Source of the DNA: Eledone cirrhosa
Taxonomy: Eukaryota
Length of the DNA stretch: 64,000 nucleotides
NCBI GenBank assembly: GCA_964016885.1
Contig: OZ024741.1
Coordinates: forward strand, 79,918,001 to 79,982,000
Direction of reading: 5' to 3'
Shown: positions 11,843-26,449 of the stretch, one piece after another
Layout: every line of letters begins with the position of its first letter
Numbering within the stretch: position 1 is the stretch's first letter
Position numbers and translations under genes: made by a program
The notes under the pieces: model-generated
Told to the model about the DNA's origin: nothing
The model's input: the letters and a program-made list of their open reading frames with translations, nothing else
Databases searched by the model: none

Positions 11843-14739
11843 TTGTTACGGTTTTCCGAACCTTCTTTGGGGTCTCGAGATACGTAATCTTTGTGCGTCC
11901 ATGTCAGGACTCCCATGACAGGTCCCACTACCTAAGGCCTGAACGCGTCTCTTGTTAACCTGCGCGAAGGATGATACGGTATGATTTTTGTTGAGTTTTG
12001 GTGGTCTTATTCGCGCCAGTCATCAATCTGGTACTTTTCTCAGGCCTGTGAAGGCTTTATCAATGTTGAACTAAACAACAAAAGCAACACTACCATACTA
12101 CCAGCATCAACATCAACAACACTATTTACATCACTGACACAAACAATACCACTAACATCACCAACACCACTAACACCGCCAACACTACTAACATCACTAG
12201 CAAAAACAACACCACCAACGCCACGAACATCAACTTCAACACCCACATCAATATCATCAACGCAAAAACCAATGGCACTTGTCCATTCTCAGCTATCCAC
12301 TAATATACAGAACGCTGGCTACTAAATAACTATTTGCTACTTATCAAGCTGCGAAGTGTATGTTGTTTATAAGAACTAGTAGAAAAACCATTCTTCTGGT
12401 GGTTTCTGCTAGCATGTGTAGTGTGCATATTGATATTATACGCAAGTATATATGCATGTAGATATGGTACATCAAATAAAATCGTAATTGACAATATACA
12501 CAGAAATTGAACGAAGACTGCGTTACACTGTCTTCTGTAATCAGTAATGTAATCCATGATACATTAAAAAAAGACGATATTATATATAAACTGCATTAGG
12601 AGAAAATTAGTGACGGAAATATATGAATCTTTATTTAAGCGATTTGAAAATGTTAAACAAGTGAATCTTAAAATAAGCAACAAAATTATTTATATTTAAT
12701 CAAGAATAACGAAATTTAGTAGATAAATCATGTAATATTCATTCATTATTTATTCAAAGTAATCCAACTTATTTTACAAACGGGATAAATAAAATATATT
12801 CTGGACGCAGTCCCGCACCCCTTACTTTATTATAGTTTAGATTTCCAGAATGGAGTGCCACAGAAATTCGTCCATTCACTCATTCTTTTCAAACTATATC
12901 TGCACGAATTTCTCCACGCCTCCGCAAAAACCTTACACATCACCTGACATGCAGATAAGATCTCACCCAGTCTCTCGCCAATCTCCGGACACAACTACAC
13001 AATTGCTTCATCTCTACAAAAACCGTATCATTCCAATTAATAAATATTTCTAATTAGATTGTTCATACTCACTAGGTTGATCATGTTTACTTTATTTTGA
13101 CAGTGTAGTTTGGGATAAATTGGTGTCTTGTGAGAAATAAGAATAGGTTAGTGCTTGGAAAAGCACTGTATGGGGTGTAGTGAGAGAAAGAGTAAAGAAT
13201 AAGTAGAAAGTGGGGCACAAAGGGCCATATGTGGCTTTAAGTTTGCATCTGTATGCTTATGTATTCTGGCATGTATACGTCTGTATATGTTATGTACATA
13301 TGTATGTATGTATTATGTATTATGTATGTATATATGTATGTATTATGTATGTATATATGTATGTATTATGTATCTATATATGTATGTATATGTATGTATG
13401 ATGGATGAATGGATCTATGTGTGTATATTATGTACGCGTGTATGTGTGCGTGTATGTATGTATATGTGTATGCGTGTGTGTGTATGTATGTATATATGTA
13501 TGTTTATACGAGTGTACGTATATATATGTGTGTGTATCTTGTATATATGTATGGATGTTGTATGTGTGTATGTAGGATTATTTTTTTAATTTAAGTTCTT
13601 CACAAAATTGAAGCCGTTCAAGTGACAGGATATTTTTGAGTTATAACGAGTTAATGTGTGTATGTATGTATGTATGAACGTATATGTGTATGTATGTGTG
13701 AATGTATGTATATATGTATGTATGAATGAATGTATGTATGTATGTGTGTATGTGTATGTGTATGTATATAAGTATGTAAGAGTGTGTGTGTGCGGTGGGG
13801 ACCTGCAAATGATAGAGAGGCAGTATCTTTGTAACTGTGGTAATCTTTGCAAGAATGTGACTGTATTGTTATTGAAAGAATCCATCAGTTCAACTAACGG
13901 TTTTCTTTCTCACTTTCTTGCTTCTTTCTTTCTTTTTATGGAGAGGTGGGGATGGGAGGAAGCTGTGTAAATTGCACTTCGGGAGCATTCTTTGGAAAGA
14001 GAAGATACTTTTGATTGGAAAGATATTGGAATTTTCTAGCTTAAATATTTTGTCGGTATAATTTGACGGAATTTTAAATATTTCTTCAGCGACATTTTCA
14101 AAATGCGGTGATATTTTATTACAAAAGTCGTTATTAGAATTTTCTAGCTTATGTCTTGGGGTGTATCTAGGTTGTGATTATCTGTTCAACACAATAACTA
14201 TGAAGCTCTGAATATCCGCTTCTGTACGCCACAATTACGGAGCCTCGGTAGATCACTTAATTTCATTGAAATAGTAACTAAATCTCCCTCAAATAACACC
14301 CTCCCATTTTGAAAATGCGGAGGTTACATTATATAATGTAATACTATATACTCCTAAAGAGATAGGGTGGTCACGGCTGGAACTCTGTGATTATAGGATT
14401 TCAAAACTGAACATCCTATCATCATCATCATGGTAATCATCATTATTATAGTTTTTGCATGATAATAATCCTTTGTGTCACTATGGTTGCTATCATTGTA
14501 ACCATAATACCAAATCACAGTGATGATGATGTCGACGACTACGACAACGGTGAAGAAAGGAAAGTCTAAAGAGATAGAGAGGGCACTTAATCTTGGCCTC
14601 GCAGGATCAGGCACTCAGTATTTGTTCGCTCAGGGTGCCCTTCCAATTTGAGCTGGGACGAGAAGAGAACACCTTGGCCAAACCTTTAAACTCACCACTT
14701 AGCAGAGTTATAGGTCTGAAATTATTCCCTCTTGTTCGG

Positions 14740-15300
14740 GTCATTTATCAGTAGTGCCACTGTCCCTCATCTCACAGACTTGGGAATTCTTTCGTTCTGC
14801 TGCCAGTTAGCGTAGCCGTCCGCTAAGATGTCGTCGAACAAGTCTGGCATGTTTGCGTAAAGCTCGTAGGGTAGAGCATCTAAATCAGATTGCTCTTCGT
14901 GTAGTTAGCCATCATGCCTCATATTTCATCAACTGTTATCGGCTTTTCACAACACTCGGTCTCTCCCACAGAGAGCCGCAACAGAACGTCAAAGTAGGCT
15001 CTGCAGTCCATTCTTCGATTCGGCTCTCCACTACTCCCGAACATTTCAGCGAAGTGTCGTTGAAAAACCGTACACATCTGCTAGAGATCGAGTAACATGC
15101 GCCCGTCATTATCCACCAAATACCGGATTGTGACTTTGTTGCCACGACACGCTTCTGCCACACGGGCCACCTAATGGTTTTCATCTCCTCGTGTCTAATA
15201 GCACACGCCCTAGTTGTGACGACGTGGCATTCGTGCTTCGCATTGAAGAATTGGTCGAGTACCAATCTCACCACCAGCACGTCGGCTGCGATGATTTTCC
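14740..15300 (-). mobile_element. Old Tx1-family ORF2 fragment
   Basis: FFNAKHEC and related sequence homologous to ORF2 at ~41100-41670. Confidence 0.85.
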
Positions 15301-15309
15301 TATGGGCCT

Positions 15310-16104
15310 CTTTTTATTTGTCACAAGGGCCAACAAAAAGGGGTCAATACAAAGACAGGGACAGTGGGAGTTTACATTAAGTAAAATCTATAAATAACAG
15401 ATAACAATGAACAACAAAATGTATAACAATGAAAAATCCCCAGTAGAGGAAAGGACCCCTTAGGAACCCCACAAATCCTAAACCACCCAACGCTCCAAGA
15501 GCAAACTAGGAGGGCACCTCTCTCTCTTCTCCAAATCAGCCAGCCTACAGGTACATTGTCAGAGTAGACCTATTTAGATGGGCCATCTTCGCAACATTCA
15601 CCTACTTTTTAACAAATGTACTGGGGTGGAGATGCACTTACATCTCTACCTTTACTTTGCTTTCCAAGGGAAACGTGAAAAAGTTGTGGGATTGGCCGAA
15701 AAGGAAAGTGTCTGTTTTCAGTGTTTTCAGTCTCGTCCACCACTCAACCTCTTTCGCTACCGCCACCAGAGAGAGGAAAACTGCCTGCCCTTCCCGGCCA
15801 AAATAAGGTGGCGAAATGATCTTCCGTGCTAGTAGAGTTTTTCTTGAACCGGCAGTGCCCCCCGGTAGCACTGTCAAGCGAGAGACTTACCCGACACTAA
15901 CCATCTTTAGAACTCTAGAGAAGTTCCACTCACCACATTGCCCACCAGGTAGAGGGCATTAAGCACCTGGCAACATTCCAGATACCAGGCACCCAGTCTC
16001 GGTCTCTTCTTGACCCGAGACTGCAGCTCAGTCAAAAAGACGAGCTGCGGTAAGGCCTGTCTCACAAACGGCGACCACACCTCTTCACCGTTTTCTCCGA
16101 AATT
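15310..16104 (-). mobile_element. Old Tx1-family 3' end (ORF2 C-terminus and 3' UTR, internally deleted)
   Basis: VWSPFVRQ..LTELQS and AKEVEWWTRLK match the ORF2 C-terminus; the 3' end reads ggcccttgtgacaaataaa. Confidence 0.85.
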
Positions 16105-16159
16105 CAAAAACTTAAAGTGGAGTCGCGACCACGATGCCGTAAAGTCGTCGACGCCAGAA

Positions 16160-17630
16160 AATACGATAATTCTGTATGTTTCCTTCTGAAAATTCTCTCA
16201 TTTCCATCATTCCTGTATGTTTCCTTGAGACCCCTCGTGTTTATTGTATTGTCAAATCCATTCTGTTTTGTCTCTTCAACTATGTATTTGTTCCTAAAAT
16301 CCTTCACAAACAACTCTGTATCTTCAATTCCGTATTTATCCATCATTTTTATATTTATATATCAGTTTTGTCATTTATACCAGTTGTGTATTTTTAAGAG
16401 TTTTGTATTTTTTAATCAATTCTTTTTTCCTTTTCCATAAATATTTTAATATTTAAATCGAATGGGCATTTTCGCCCACTTTTATATTTTTTTCATATAC
16501 TCGTACTTTATATCAATATTTTATATTTGCATATGTTCACTATTTTTCATTAATTCAATATGTTCTCATCAATTCCACGTTTTTCCATTGTGTTAGAATT
16601 TGTTTTAACATTTGTCAAATTGTTTTTCTATTCTTGTTTTTCTGTCAATTTTGCATTTTTATACACTTTTATATTTTCCACAGTTCCAGCCAAAACTTGT
16701 ATTTTAGCAATAATACTCTGTATTTTCCCATCATTTATTACTTTTACAAACAGTTCTATATTTTCCCATCAATCAGATATATTTTCAATAATGTATGTAT
16801 TTGCTTCAAAACTGTATTTTTACAAATTGCTTATTTTATCATTAATTTTCTATACTTTACTTTTCATAAATTCTGTATTTTTCTTTCGAATTTATATTAA
16901 TCTAGCAATTCTTTATACTGCCATAAATTCTTTATTTTTCAAACAATCCTTTATTTCCTCATTAAATCTTTAAAATTTGGTCATTTCTGTGTTTTCTATC
17001 AATCTGATATAGTAAATTCAAATTGTTTCTGTTTTTTAAATATATTTTAAAACAATTCCGTATTTTAAAGAATTCTATTATTATTTTATTAATCCCGCCG
17101 AGGTTAACTTTGCCTTTCATCCTTACGGGGTCGATAAAATAAAGTACCAGTAATGTACTGAGTAATTTCTGGCCTTGTGCCAATAGTAGAAACAATTATT
17201 TTATTAATTCCATATTCAAACAAATCTATATATTTTTTTAAAAATCTGTAATTTTAATAATTTCTATATTTTTATAAATAATTCTGTTTTCCACCAATTC
17301 TATATTTTCCTAACTAATTTGTATTTTTATATGAAATTCTTTCTTTTTCCTCAATATTCTACTTTAATATTCTTCGTCATTTTAAAATCAGTATTCAATT
17401 TATTTTCATCATTATTTTACTGGAATTTTTTTTTTTTTTTTGGGGGGGGGGGGGTCTGTATTTTTCTTTGAAATCTAAATTTCATCTATTTATATTTTCA
17501 CTAATCATTTATTTTATTTTTTAATAAGTCTGTATTTTGCATAATTTTTTCATCAATCCTATAATTTCCATCGTTCCTCTAATTTTCTATCATGTATATT
17601 TATTGAAACAATTATCAATTTTTTCCGTTA
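16160..17630. repeat. Degenerate AT-rich minisatellite, T-rich orientation
   Basis: Recurrent aattctgtatttt / ttctatatttt at about 20-23 nt spacing. Confidence 0.65.
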
Positions 17631-17634
17631 TATA

Positions 17635-17699
<65 letters not shown>

Positions 17700-17703
<4 letters not shown>

Positions 17704-18690
17704 GGGCGGAGGTGGCGAATGCGTACATCGTGTCCGTCAACTACTACCGCCTGACCGTTTTACATTGCCTTCGTTTGCGCCTCGCTAAATTGGAACGGCT
17801 CCTCTTCAACTTCTAAGGGAGGGGACAGCTTCCGTTGGAAAGGCGGTTCATCTGCTGCCAGCAGCCTCTACGGAGAGGGCTGGGAAAACCATGGCTAATA
17901 ATAGCATACATGCGCTGAGGCAGATATTCTGCCTAAACGGTTAACAGGTGTGGTCACCGTTTGTGAGACAGACCTTTCCGCAGCTCGTCTATTTTACTGA
18001 GTTGCAGTCCTGGGTCAAGAAGACTCTGAGACTGGGCACCTCGCATCTGGAATGTTGCCAGGTGCTCACTGCCCTCTACCAGGCGGGCAATGCGAAGACG
18101 CTCTTGAAGAGTCTTTGGGCGTCGACGAAGTCGAATTAACCAGATTGTTCCGGAGGATGTTTCAGCCGGGTTCTATAGACAATTTACAGAAGTAGTGCTC
18201 CCGGGCGGGCACTGCCGGTTCGAGAAAAACTCTACAGGCACGGAAGTGCTGTCAAACGGACCTGTTCGAGATGGGATCAGAGCGACGAAACCGTCCTACA
18301 TGCACTCATCCTGTGTCCATGCATTGCTGACTTGTGGAGTTATGTCGAACAGCTGTCACGTGTAGGACGGATCCGGCTGTCAACCGAGTCCATAGTGAAG
18401 ATCATTTCGCCGCCTTCTTTTGGCTGGGAAGGGCAGGCAGTTTTCCTCTGTCTGGTAGCGGTAGCAAAAGAGGTTGTGTGTTGGACCAGGCTGATTCAGG
18501 ACTGGTCAGGGTACCTGACTCGCCCCTGAGTGATTATTCCAACTATTTGGGGAATTTGCATTGTTCTATTTTTCTTGTTTATTGTTATTGTTTTTATAAT
18601 GTTCACTCTATTTTTATGTAAAACCCCTACTGTCCCCGTCTATTGTATTGTCCCCTATATGTAGGCCCTTGTGGCCAATAAAGAAATTTT
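17700..18690 (+). mobile_element. Old Tx1-family 3' fragment
   Basis: WSPFVRQTFPQLV and AKEVVCWTRL; ends ggcccttgtggccaataaagaaa followed by (GTT)n/(ATT)n. Confidence 0.85.
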
Positions 18691-18734
18691 TTTCCTTGTT
18701 GTTGTTGCTGTTGTGTTTGTTATTATTATTCGTC

Positions 18735-19262
18735 CATTTATTCCTGTGAGCATCGTGGAGGTTGTGTCTCTAAACACATCTTCCAGAGAGTCCTATCTGA
18801 AGCAACCGCCTCCAAATGATCCGGCTACATCCCCAAGTGAGACCAGCTGATCTCATTTTGCTTGTAGTCTACCTGTGGGTCACCTGCCGGTTGGCTTTGC
18901 CCGTAAAATCAGTCTACTGATTATTTCCTTAGATACTTTAACCACATGTTCGTGATCTTTCTATTCGGAGACGTAGCGGCTCTACCTGGAACGACTAGCT
19001 GATCTCTGCGAGTAACGTTACTCTCTCCCCTACTCCCCCGGGAGACCCCATTTCGGCTGCTTGTATTCGTGGCCGTATTGTTTTGGTTATTGCCCAAGAT
19101 TCATGACCAGAGGTAAGGGCACGCACGAATACAAAATGGAAGATAGCGAGTTTTGCTTTTTCATCTGCCTCATTCCTTCTGTTGACCGAATACTGAAGCT
19201 AATGCATTACTGCACCAACTCCAACAATTCTTGCATTTAATTAAGCCTCCAGCCTTCTAACA
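18735..19262 (-). mobile_element. RTE-like LINE 3' fragment
   Basis: Homologous to 11290-11842 (gaccccatttcggc, ggctttgcccgtaaaatc). Confidence 0.7.
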
Positions 19263-19264
19263 TT

Positions 19265-22120
19265 TGAATACTGTAATTTTCCATAATTTAAATGAAATAA
19301 ATATTTTACCTCACCTCAATTTTTTTTATATATTTTGTATCAATTTCTGCATTTATATATTTTATATCAATTTTTGTCTTTATTCAATATATTCTCCATA
19401 TATTTTCATCATGTTAGCAATTTTCAAACGATTGTTTTAATTTTCTCTTTATACTGTAGTCTATATGTCTAAACAATCATGTGTTTTCCCTTCAAATCCA
19501 TATTTTTACAATAATACCGAATTTTTATCAATACATATTTGATACGAATTTCCATCATTACCTCAAACCTGTATTTTATATTTTCCAATTAATTCTATAA
19601 TTTCCCATCATTTCTGTGTTTGTGGAAAATTATTTATTTGATCTTCAATTAAAATGAAATTTGTACTTTTGAATCAATATGGTATTTTATTACTAACTCC
19701 ATATTTTTCATAAAATCTATATTTTCCCTCAATGCTGTATGTTTACATCATTTTTCTTTTTGCAAGCAATTCTTAATTTCCTACTCAATTTTGTATTTTG
19801 TAACCAATTCTGTGTTTTATAAATTATACTGTATTTTGTCATGAATTCTTTATTTTTTTCATCAATTCTATACATCAATGCTGTATGTTCTTCAATTGTG
19901 TATTTATGGAATATTCATAATTGATGATAACATGAAATATTTCTGGAAAAGTTATTCAACGGATTAAAAACTAGAGAATTGTGTGATAAATACGTAATTG
20001 ACGAAAAATACAGAACAGATGAAAAACACAAATTAAAGAATTGATAAAATAATAAGAATCTATTAAAAATGTGAAGCTATTATATTACAAAATTTCAAAA
20101 CTTATTAAAAAATATAAAATGAATGAAAATTCTAGAATTCTGGAAACAAATATAGAATTGATAAGTAAATACAGAATTCATGAAAAAATAGATTTTACGA
20201 AAAAATTCAAAGTTGACAGCAAATATAAAATTGAGGGAAAATACAGCGCTATTTGAAAAATACGAAATTGGCAGAAAAATACAAAATTAATGTAAAAACA
20301 CTAATTGATTTTAAAAATACAGGATTAAGAGAAAATACAGAATTTATTCAGAATATAGAATCCGTGAAAATATAGAATTAATGTAAAATACAGAAATGGC
20401 AGAGATGTAGAATCATTAGAAAAGCAAACTGTTAGAAAAGTTGTTAGAGCTTATTTTAAAATACAGTTATTTTTAAAAAAACACTGAAAATATAGAGAAT
20501 ATTTCAAAAGTAAAGGATTGATTAGAAATAGAGTATTGATCGAAAAATACATTATTAATGGATAAATATAGATGCAATGGAAAAATACAGAAATTATGGG
20601 AAATTATAGTATTCATAGAGAAATAAAGAATTTATTGTAAATAGATTATAAAAAAAAATACATAAAATAATGGGAAAATATATGATTGTTCAATACATAC
20701 AGAGTTTATGGAATTATAGAGAATTGATAAAAAAAATAAATACAGGTGTGGTGGTAATATATAGAATTTATAAAAAAATTCAAAAATGATGTAAAATAGT
20801 ACATGAAAGGAATAATGCTGAATTTATGGAAAAATATAAAATTGATTTAACAAAAAGAATTGTTAGAAAAATCAAAAAATTATATAAAAATACTAAATTT
20901 ATAGGTGACTAAAGAATAGAGAATTGATAGAAAAGTATAGAACTGATGCAAAATAGAGGATTGAATAGTTGGCAGCATTGGGAATTTTTAGAAAGAGGCA
21001 GAATTTATACGAAAATAAACAACTGAAAAAGAAATGCAGGTTTAATTGAAAACTACAGAATTAATAGGAAAATGCAGAACTTACGCAAAATGCAATATGA
21101 TATCGATGGAAAAATTTAAAATTGAACGGAATTATGGAATGGACCTCCATCTGTTTCAAAGATGAGTATTCCAGTTATCTGATCAACGGAAAAGCTTACT
21201 CTTGAAATTATCATTAAGTGGTTGAGCATTCAACTTAACGTAATCCTCAGGAAGATTTAGTATGACACAGTGTTCGACTAAGCTGGAGGTTTGAATTATG
21301 AGCACAATCCATCTGAGGGGCTTCCAAGAAATTTCCCATCTACTCGATTTCACTCACAAGGCATAGAAAATGGCATTTGCCCAGAATGACATGCAGTGGG
21401 ATTGAACCCGGAACTTAATGATTGCGAAGCGAACTCATTAAGCATTTGGCTATACTGCGTCCACAAAAAGGAAATATCTCGTTGATGAAAATATACAGAA
21501 TTAATTGAAAAGTACATAATCAATTTAGAAATACAGAACTGGTGAAAAATGCTGATAGAACAAAATAGATTTGATGAGAAAGTACAGTTGGTGTCAAAAT
21601 ATAGAATTGACTGAAATATGTAGAATTGATTTAAAAGCAATGGGAAAACAGACTATTGAATGAAAACACAGAATTAAATTGAGCAGAAAGGATTTGTTGA
21701 AAATAAAGCATTCATGAGAAAATATGAATTTGGGAGGTAATATGCAATAGATGAGAAAATAAACAATTTCTGGCAAAATGCTGATTTTTAGCAAATTCTA
21801 CCGAAAAATACAGGAATTTATTAATTAATGAGGAAATAAGCAATTGCTTGAAATATACAGCATTCTTCAGAATATAGAATAGAGGCAAAAATATAGAATT
21901 CGGGAGAACAACACATGGAAAAAACAAAATGATGGAAAAAACAAAACAAAATGATAGAACTAGTGCAAGAATTATGGGAAATAAAGAATTAATAGAAACA
22001 ATATAGAAATATTTTTTAAATGCAATGTTGGTGGGAAATAGAGAATTGGTGGATAATACAGAATTGATGAAATAAAACAAATTGTTTGAAAACCATAAAA
22101 TATCTATTGTATTTAGTGCA
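19265..22120. repeat. Degenerate AT-rich minisatellite; T-rich to ~19905, then A-rich (aaatacagaattga)
   Basis: Recurrent tacagaatt / tatagaatt motif at about 20-23 nt period; interrupted by a SINE. Confidence 0.65.
21140..21460 (-). mobile_element. Old tRNA-derived SINE
   Basis: gggattgaacccggaac reads gttccgggttcaatccc (B box) on the minus strand; family resemblance to 37950-38060 (+). Confidence 0.55.
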
Positions 22121-22228
22121 CTCGAAAAATTAGGCTGGTTAGACAGGCACTTATAACTTTTCACTCAGTCCAAGATATATATATGTATATGCATACACAC
22201 ACACACACACACACATATATATATGCAT

Positions 22229-22938
<710 letters not shown>

Positions 22939-22982
22939 TAATATATATATATATATATATATATACATACATACATACATAC

Positions 22983-23026
<44 letters not shown>

Positions 23027-23031
<5 letters not shown>

Positions 23032-23905
23032 GATATTTGATTTCGAAAGAAACACTTTAAACGTATGCCCGTTTGATTTGTCCAGGTGTATTTTTCTCAA
23101 CCTGATTAGTTCTATCGTTCCTTTGGTATATATTGTGTGTTAGTTTCGCCTACCACAATGTTCGATTTGTCAAGCTATTTAAACGTATGTTATAACTCTG
23201 AGACCTATCTTAACGAGTGCTTTGCTAACTCATCATTTCATATAAGTAGGCCGAATTTACTTGCAAACCGCCAGAGATTCGATTTTACTGATTTCCAATT
23301 ATATTAATCTCCTAGATTTAATAATTAACCAATTAATTTAATTGGAAAATTCTGTTGATTGGTTAATTATTTCTCTTAGTTTTATAACATCCAGTCGAGA
23401 GCTTATCATGATGATTAGCGGAAATTAAAATATTTCCATTCGCTAGTATTTGAATTGACCCGCCAAAAACCGTGGGTTATTTCCCTTGCCGGAATTAACA
23501 CGTGATAACTATAGATTCGATTAGCAGCCATACGAGCGGCAACATATTTTATCACTCCTGGTTCTAAGCAGAACGAAAACCTGTTGATAAACTGAGTCCT
23601 CTGTTCAGTCACCAATACCACGATCTTGCCATTCAAGTAAGTCTGATATCGGATTCAGAGAAACACTTTAAACGTATGCCCGTTTGATTTGTCCAGGTGT
23701 ATTTTTCTCAACCTGATTAGTTCTATCGTTCCTTTGGTATATACATTGTGTGTTAGTTTCGCCTACCACAATGTTCTATTTGTCAAGCTATTTAAACGTA
23801 TGTTATAACTTTGAGACCTATCTTATCGAGTGCTTTGTTAACTCATCATTTCATATAAGTAGGCCGAATTTGCAAACCACCAGAGATTCGATTTTACTGA
23901 TTTCC

Positions 23906-23910
<5 letters not shown>
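23027..23910. repeat. Non-coding element with ~270-bp direct repeats (23027-23302 and 23640-23910)
   Basis: Near-identical direct repeats at ~614-bp period, flanked on both sides by (TA)n. Confidence 0.85.
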
Positions 23911-24002
<92 letters not shown>

Positions 24003-24049
24003 TATGTATACGTACATATATGTATACATACGTACAGAAGTATGTATAT

Positions 24050-26409
24050 TAGGCATATTCCTAAAGTACACTTTTGTTAAAAAAAAAAAATTAGCATGCC
24101 ATTTTCAGATGAATTTTTACTAGAAAATACTTGTGTGCATGTTAAAAAATATTAGAATTTTTAAAAACTCTTGCACAATGTAGATTCTTTAACATTGATT
24201 AACTAATATAGAATTGCATATACAATATACGTGTATATGTAATAAAAAAATATAGTGTGCAATTTAACAGTTTATAAAATATAGTATTCTTCTTCAAATT
24301 GTTTAATGGATCAACTTTATTGCTTGTCCATCACTTATTTGTCAGTTTAATCTGTTCATAAAATTCATAAAATACATAAATAGAATAAATTGAAATTTGC
24401 GAGGTATATTTATTAATATATTTTAATATCTATAATTATATTATATTAATATTATAAATTTCAGATGTATAAAATCCAGTTGCTAAAGGGATTTGGGCAC
24501 AAAATATTTGTCATTTTGGGAAGAGAAAGAAATCTAGGAAAACGAAAATTCAAAGTTCATTAATCGAATTATGCAAGCTACCTACTGAGCAACAGATCGT
24601 TGATAGATATATCACTCTTGCTGCTAAAGTGAAAAATACCAAAAAAAGAATTAAGATAATTACTTGAGATTGTGAAAGTTTATGGGAAAAGTTCAGCTTT
24701 TCAACTATCAATAAACTTTCAATACCTCGAAAAATTGAAAAATAATTTTTAAAAAGGAAAAAGAAGTGAAAAGACCTGGCTCTGCGAATTTCAATAATCT
24801 GTTTGACATTACAAAAAGATATGGGATATGGTTAGCAGCTGAAGATTTGTCATTTTATGAAAAGCAAGTTGAGAGTTGTGGAAAATAGACAGTGAAAAGA
24901 AAATCCATCCTTCTAAGAGAATTAAAAACAAAAAAAAATAACTAGATCATGATAAGCCATCCTGCTCATACATTCATCTGGACTCAAATGAAAGTTACAG
25001 TGACACCGATACAAATACCAGCGATTACAAACCTTCACCTTCACCTTCACCATAAAAAAAAACGAAAAAGAGAAAACACAGCTCATGCTGTTAATCTAGT
25101 AAGAAATACTAAATTACCTAGTAGAAAAGCAGCAGCAGTTTGCAACGAATTTAAAAGTGGTGGTATTAAGGTGAGCACCCCGAGTCACCAAGTGGTTACC
25201 AGAGAAGGTGAGAAACTCATGGAAAAGTGGAAAAATGAACTCAAAAAGGAAAAATGGAGCCTTCATTTTGATGGAAAACTAATGAGATACGTAGAATATC
25301 AGGTTGTAGTGATAAAAAATTATGAGAAAGAAATACGCCTGAGGCCGATGGCATTAACCGATCGAAAAGCTCTTACTATATTTAATGGATTGAAAGAAGT
25401 TATTGACAAATATGAACTGTGGGAATCTATCGTGATGATAGTCTCCGACACTACTAGTGTCAATACCGGCACAAAAGGCAGAAGTTGTTGCCATGCTCAA
25501 CAGTGAGTTCAAGCGTCGCAGTTACAGCAAGCCATTATATGTTGGATGCCAGCACCACATTTTAGACCGTGCATTGAAAGTTTATTTTGGTCAACTATAT
25601 TGTAGCAAAACAACTTCGCCATATATCAATTATTACTTTGTTGAGGCCATTTTAAATAACTATGACGAACTGAAGCAGAACTTTTCAAATGGAACGACGG
25701 AAATTAATGAAACTCGGACGCGCTGGAGAAGTGACATGGATTTCCTTCAGCATCTCATGATAGCCGTGCAACATTTCTTTGAAAACGGTGCGTTTCCTAA
25801 AATAAATTTTAAGAAATTACCTAATTTGCACAATGCTCGTTGGAATAGCCGAGCAATTTATTTGTTGCTGGGTTTATTTTGATGCCTGATGAACGAGCCT
25901 GATGAACGAGCGAAGCTGCGCGCTGATGTCGAATACATCTGCGGAATGTGGAGAAAAATGTGGTTCTCAAGTCAACTGTATAGATCTGACAGCAAGCAGA
26001 AACTCATTGACCAACTAATTAAGGCCAAGTGTGACAAGGCTGCAAACACCGTCAGAAAATGTTGGTCTAATGAAGAATCTCCAATTGTGACGCAACGCTC
26101 GAACATTTGCGCTGAGCGAGCTGTAAAAGTTGTGCAGGACCTTTTGCCATTTTGTAAAAGTAGTAGAACCTTAGAGATTAAATTTTGTTTAACTAATAAT
26201 TAAAATAAATTTTTTATTGTCATAATTTATTGTTTTATGTATTTATTTTATGAGACTGGCTAATTACCAAAAAATTAAAAATATAATTTAGTATGTGCAA
26301 GAATTTTTTTCAAAATTTACAAAAACACTACTGTAATTCTTTCTTTATGACAAAAACCTCATTAGAAAATAGCATGCTCATATGGGGTTGTAAAAAAGTC
26401 ATATGCCTA
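24050..26409 (+). mobile_element. hAT transposon, copy 2, defective (transposase remnants ~24465-26203)
   Basis: Same termini as copy 1; TSD ATGTATAT / ATATATAT (7 of 8 match); near-identical internal sequence. Confidence 0.9.
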
Positions 26410-26449
26410 ATATATATATATATACTTACATGCACATATATATATATAT

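Noticed and set aside
10524-12325. Thr/Pro-rich mucin-like ORFs (10524-10808, 11981-12325)
   Set aside because: Degenerate (ACA/CCA/TCA) simple repeats with no gene structure
16117-16973. Hydrophobic Phe/Ile-rich ORFs resembling membrane proteins
   Set aside because: By-product of the T-rich minisatellite strand
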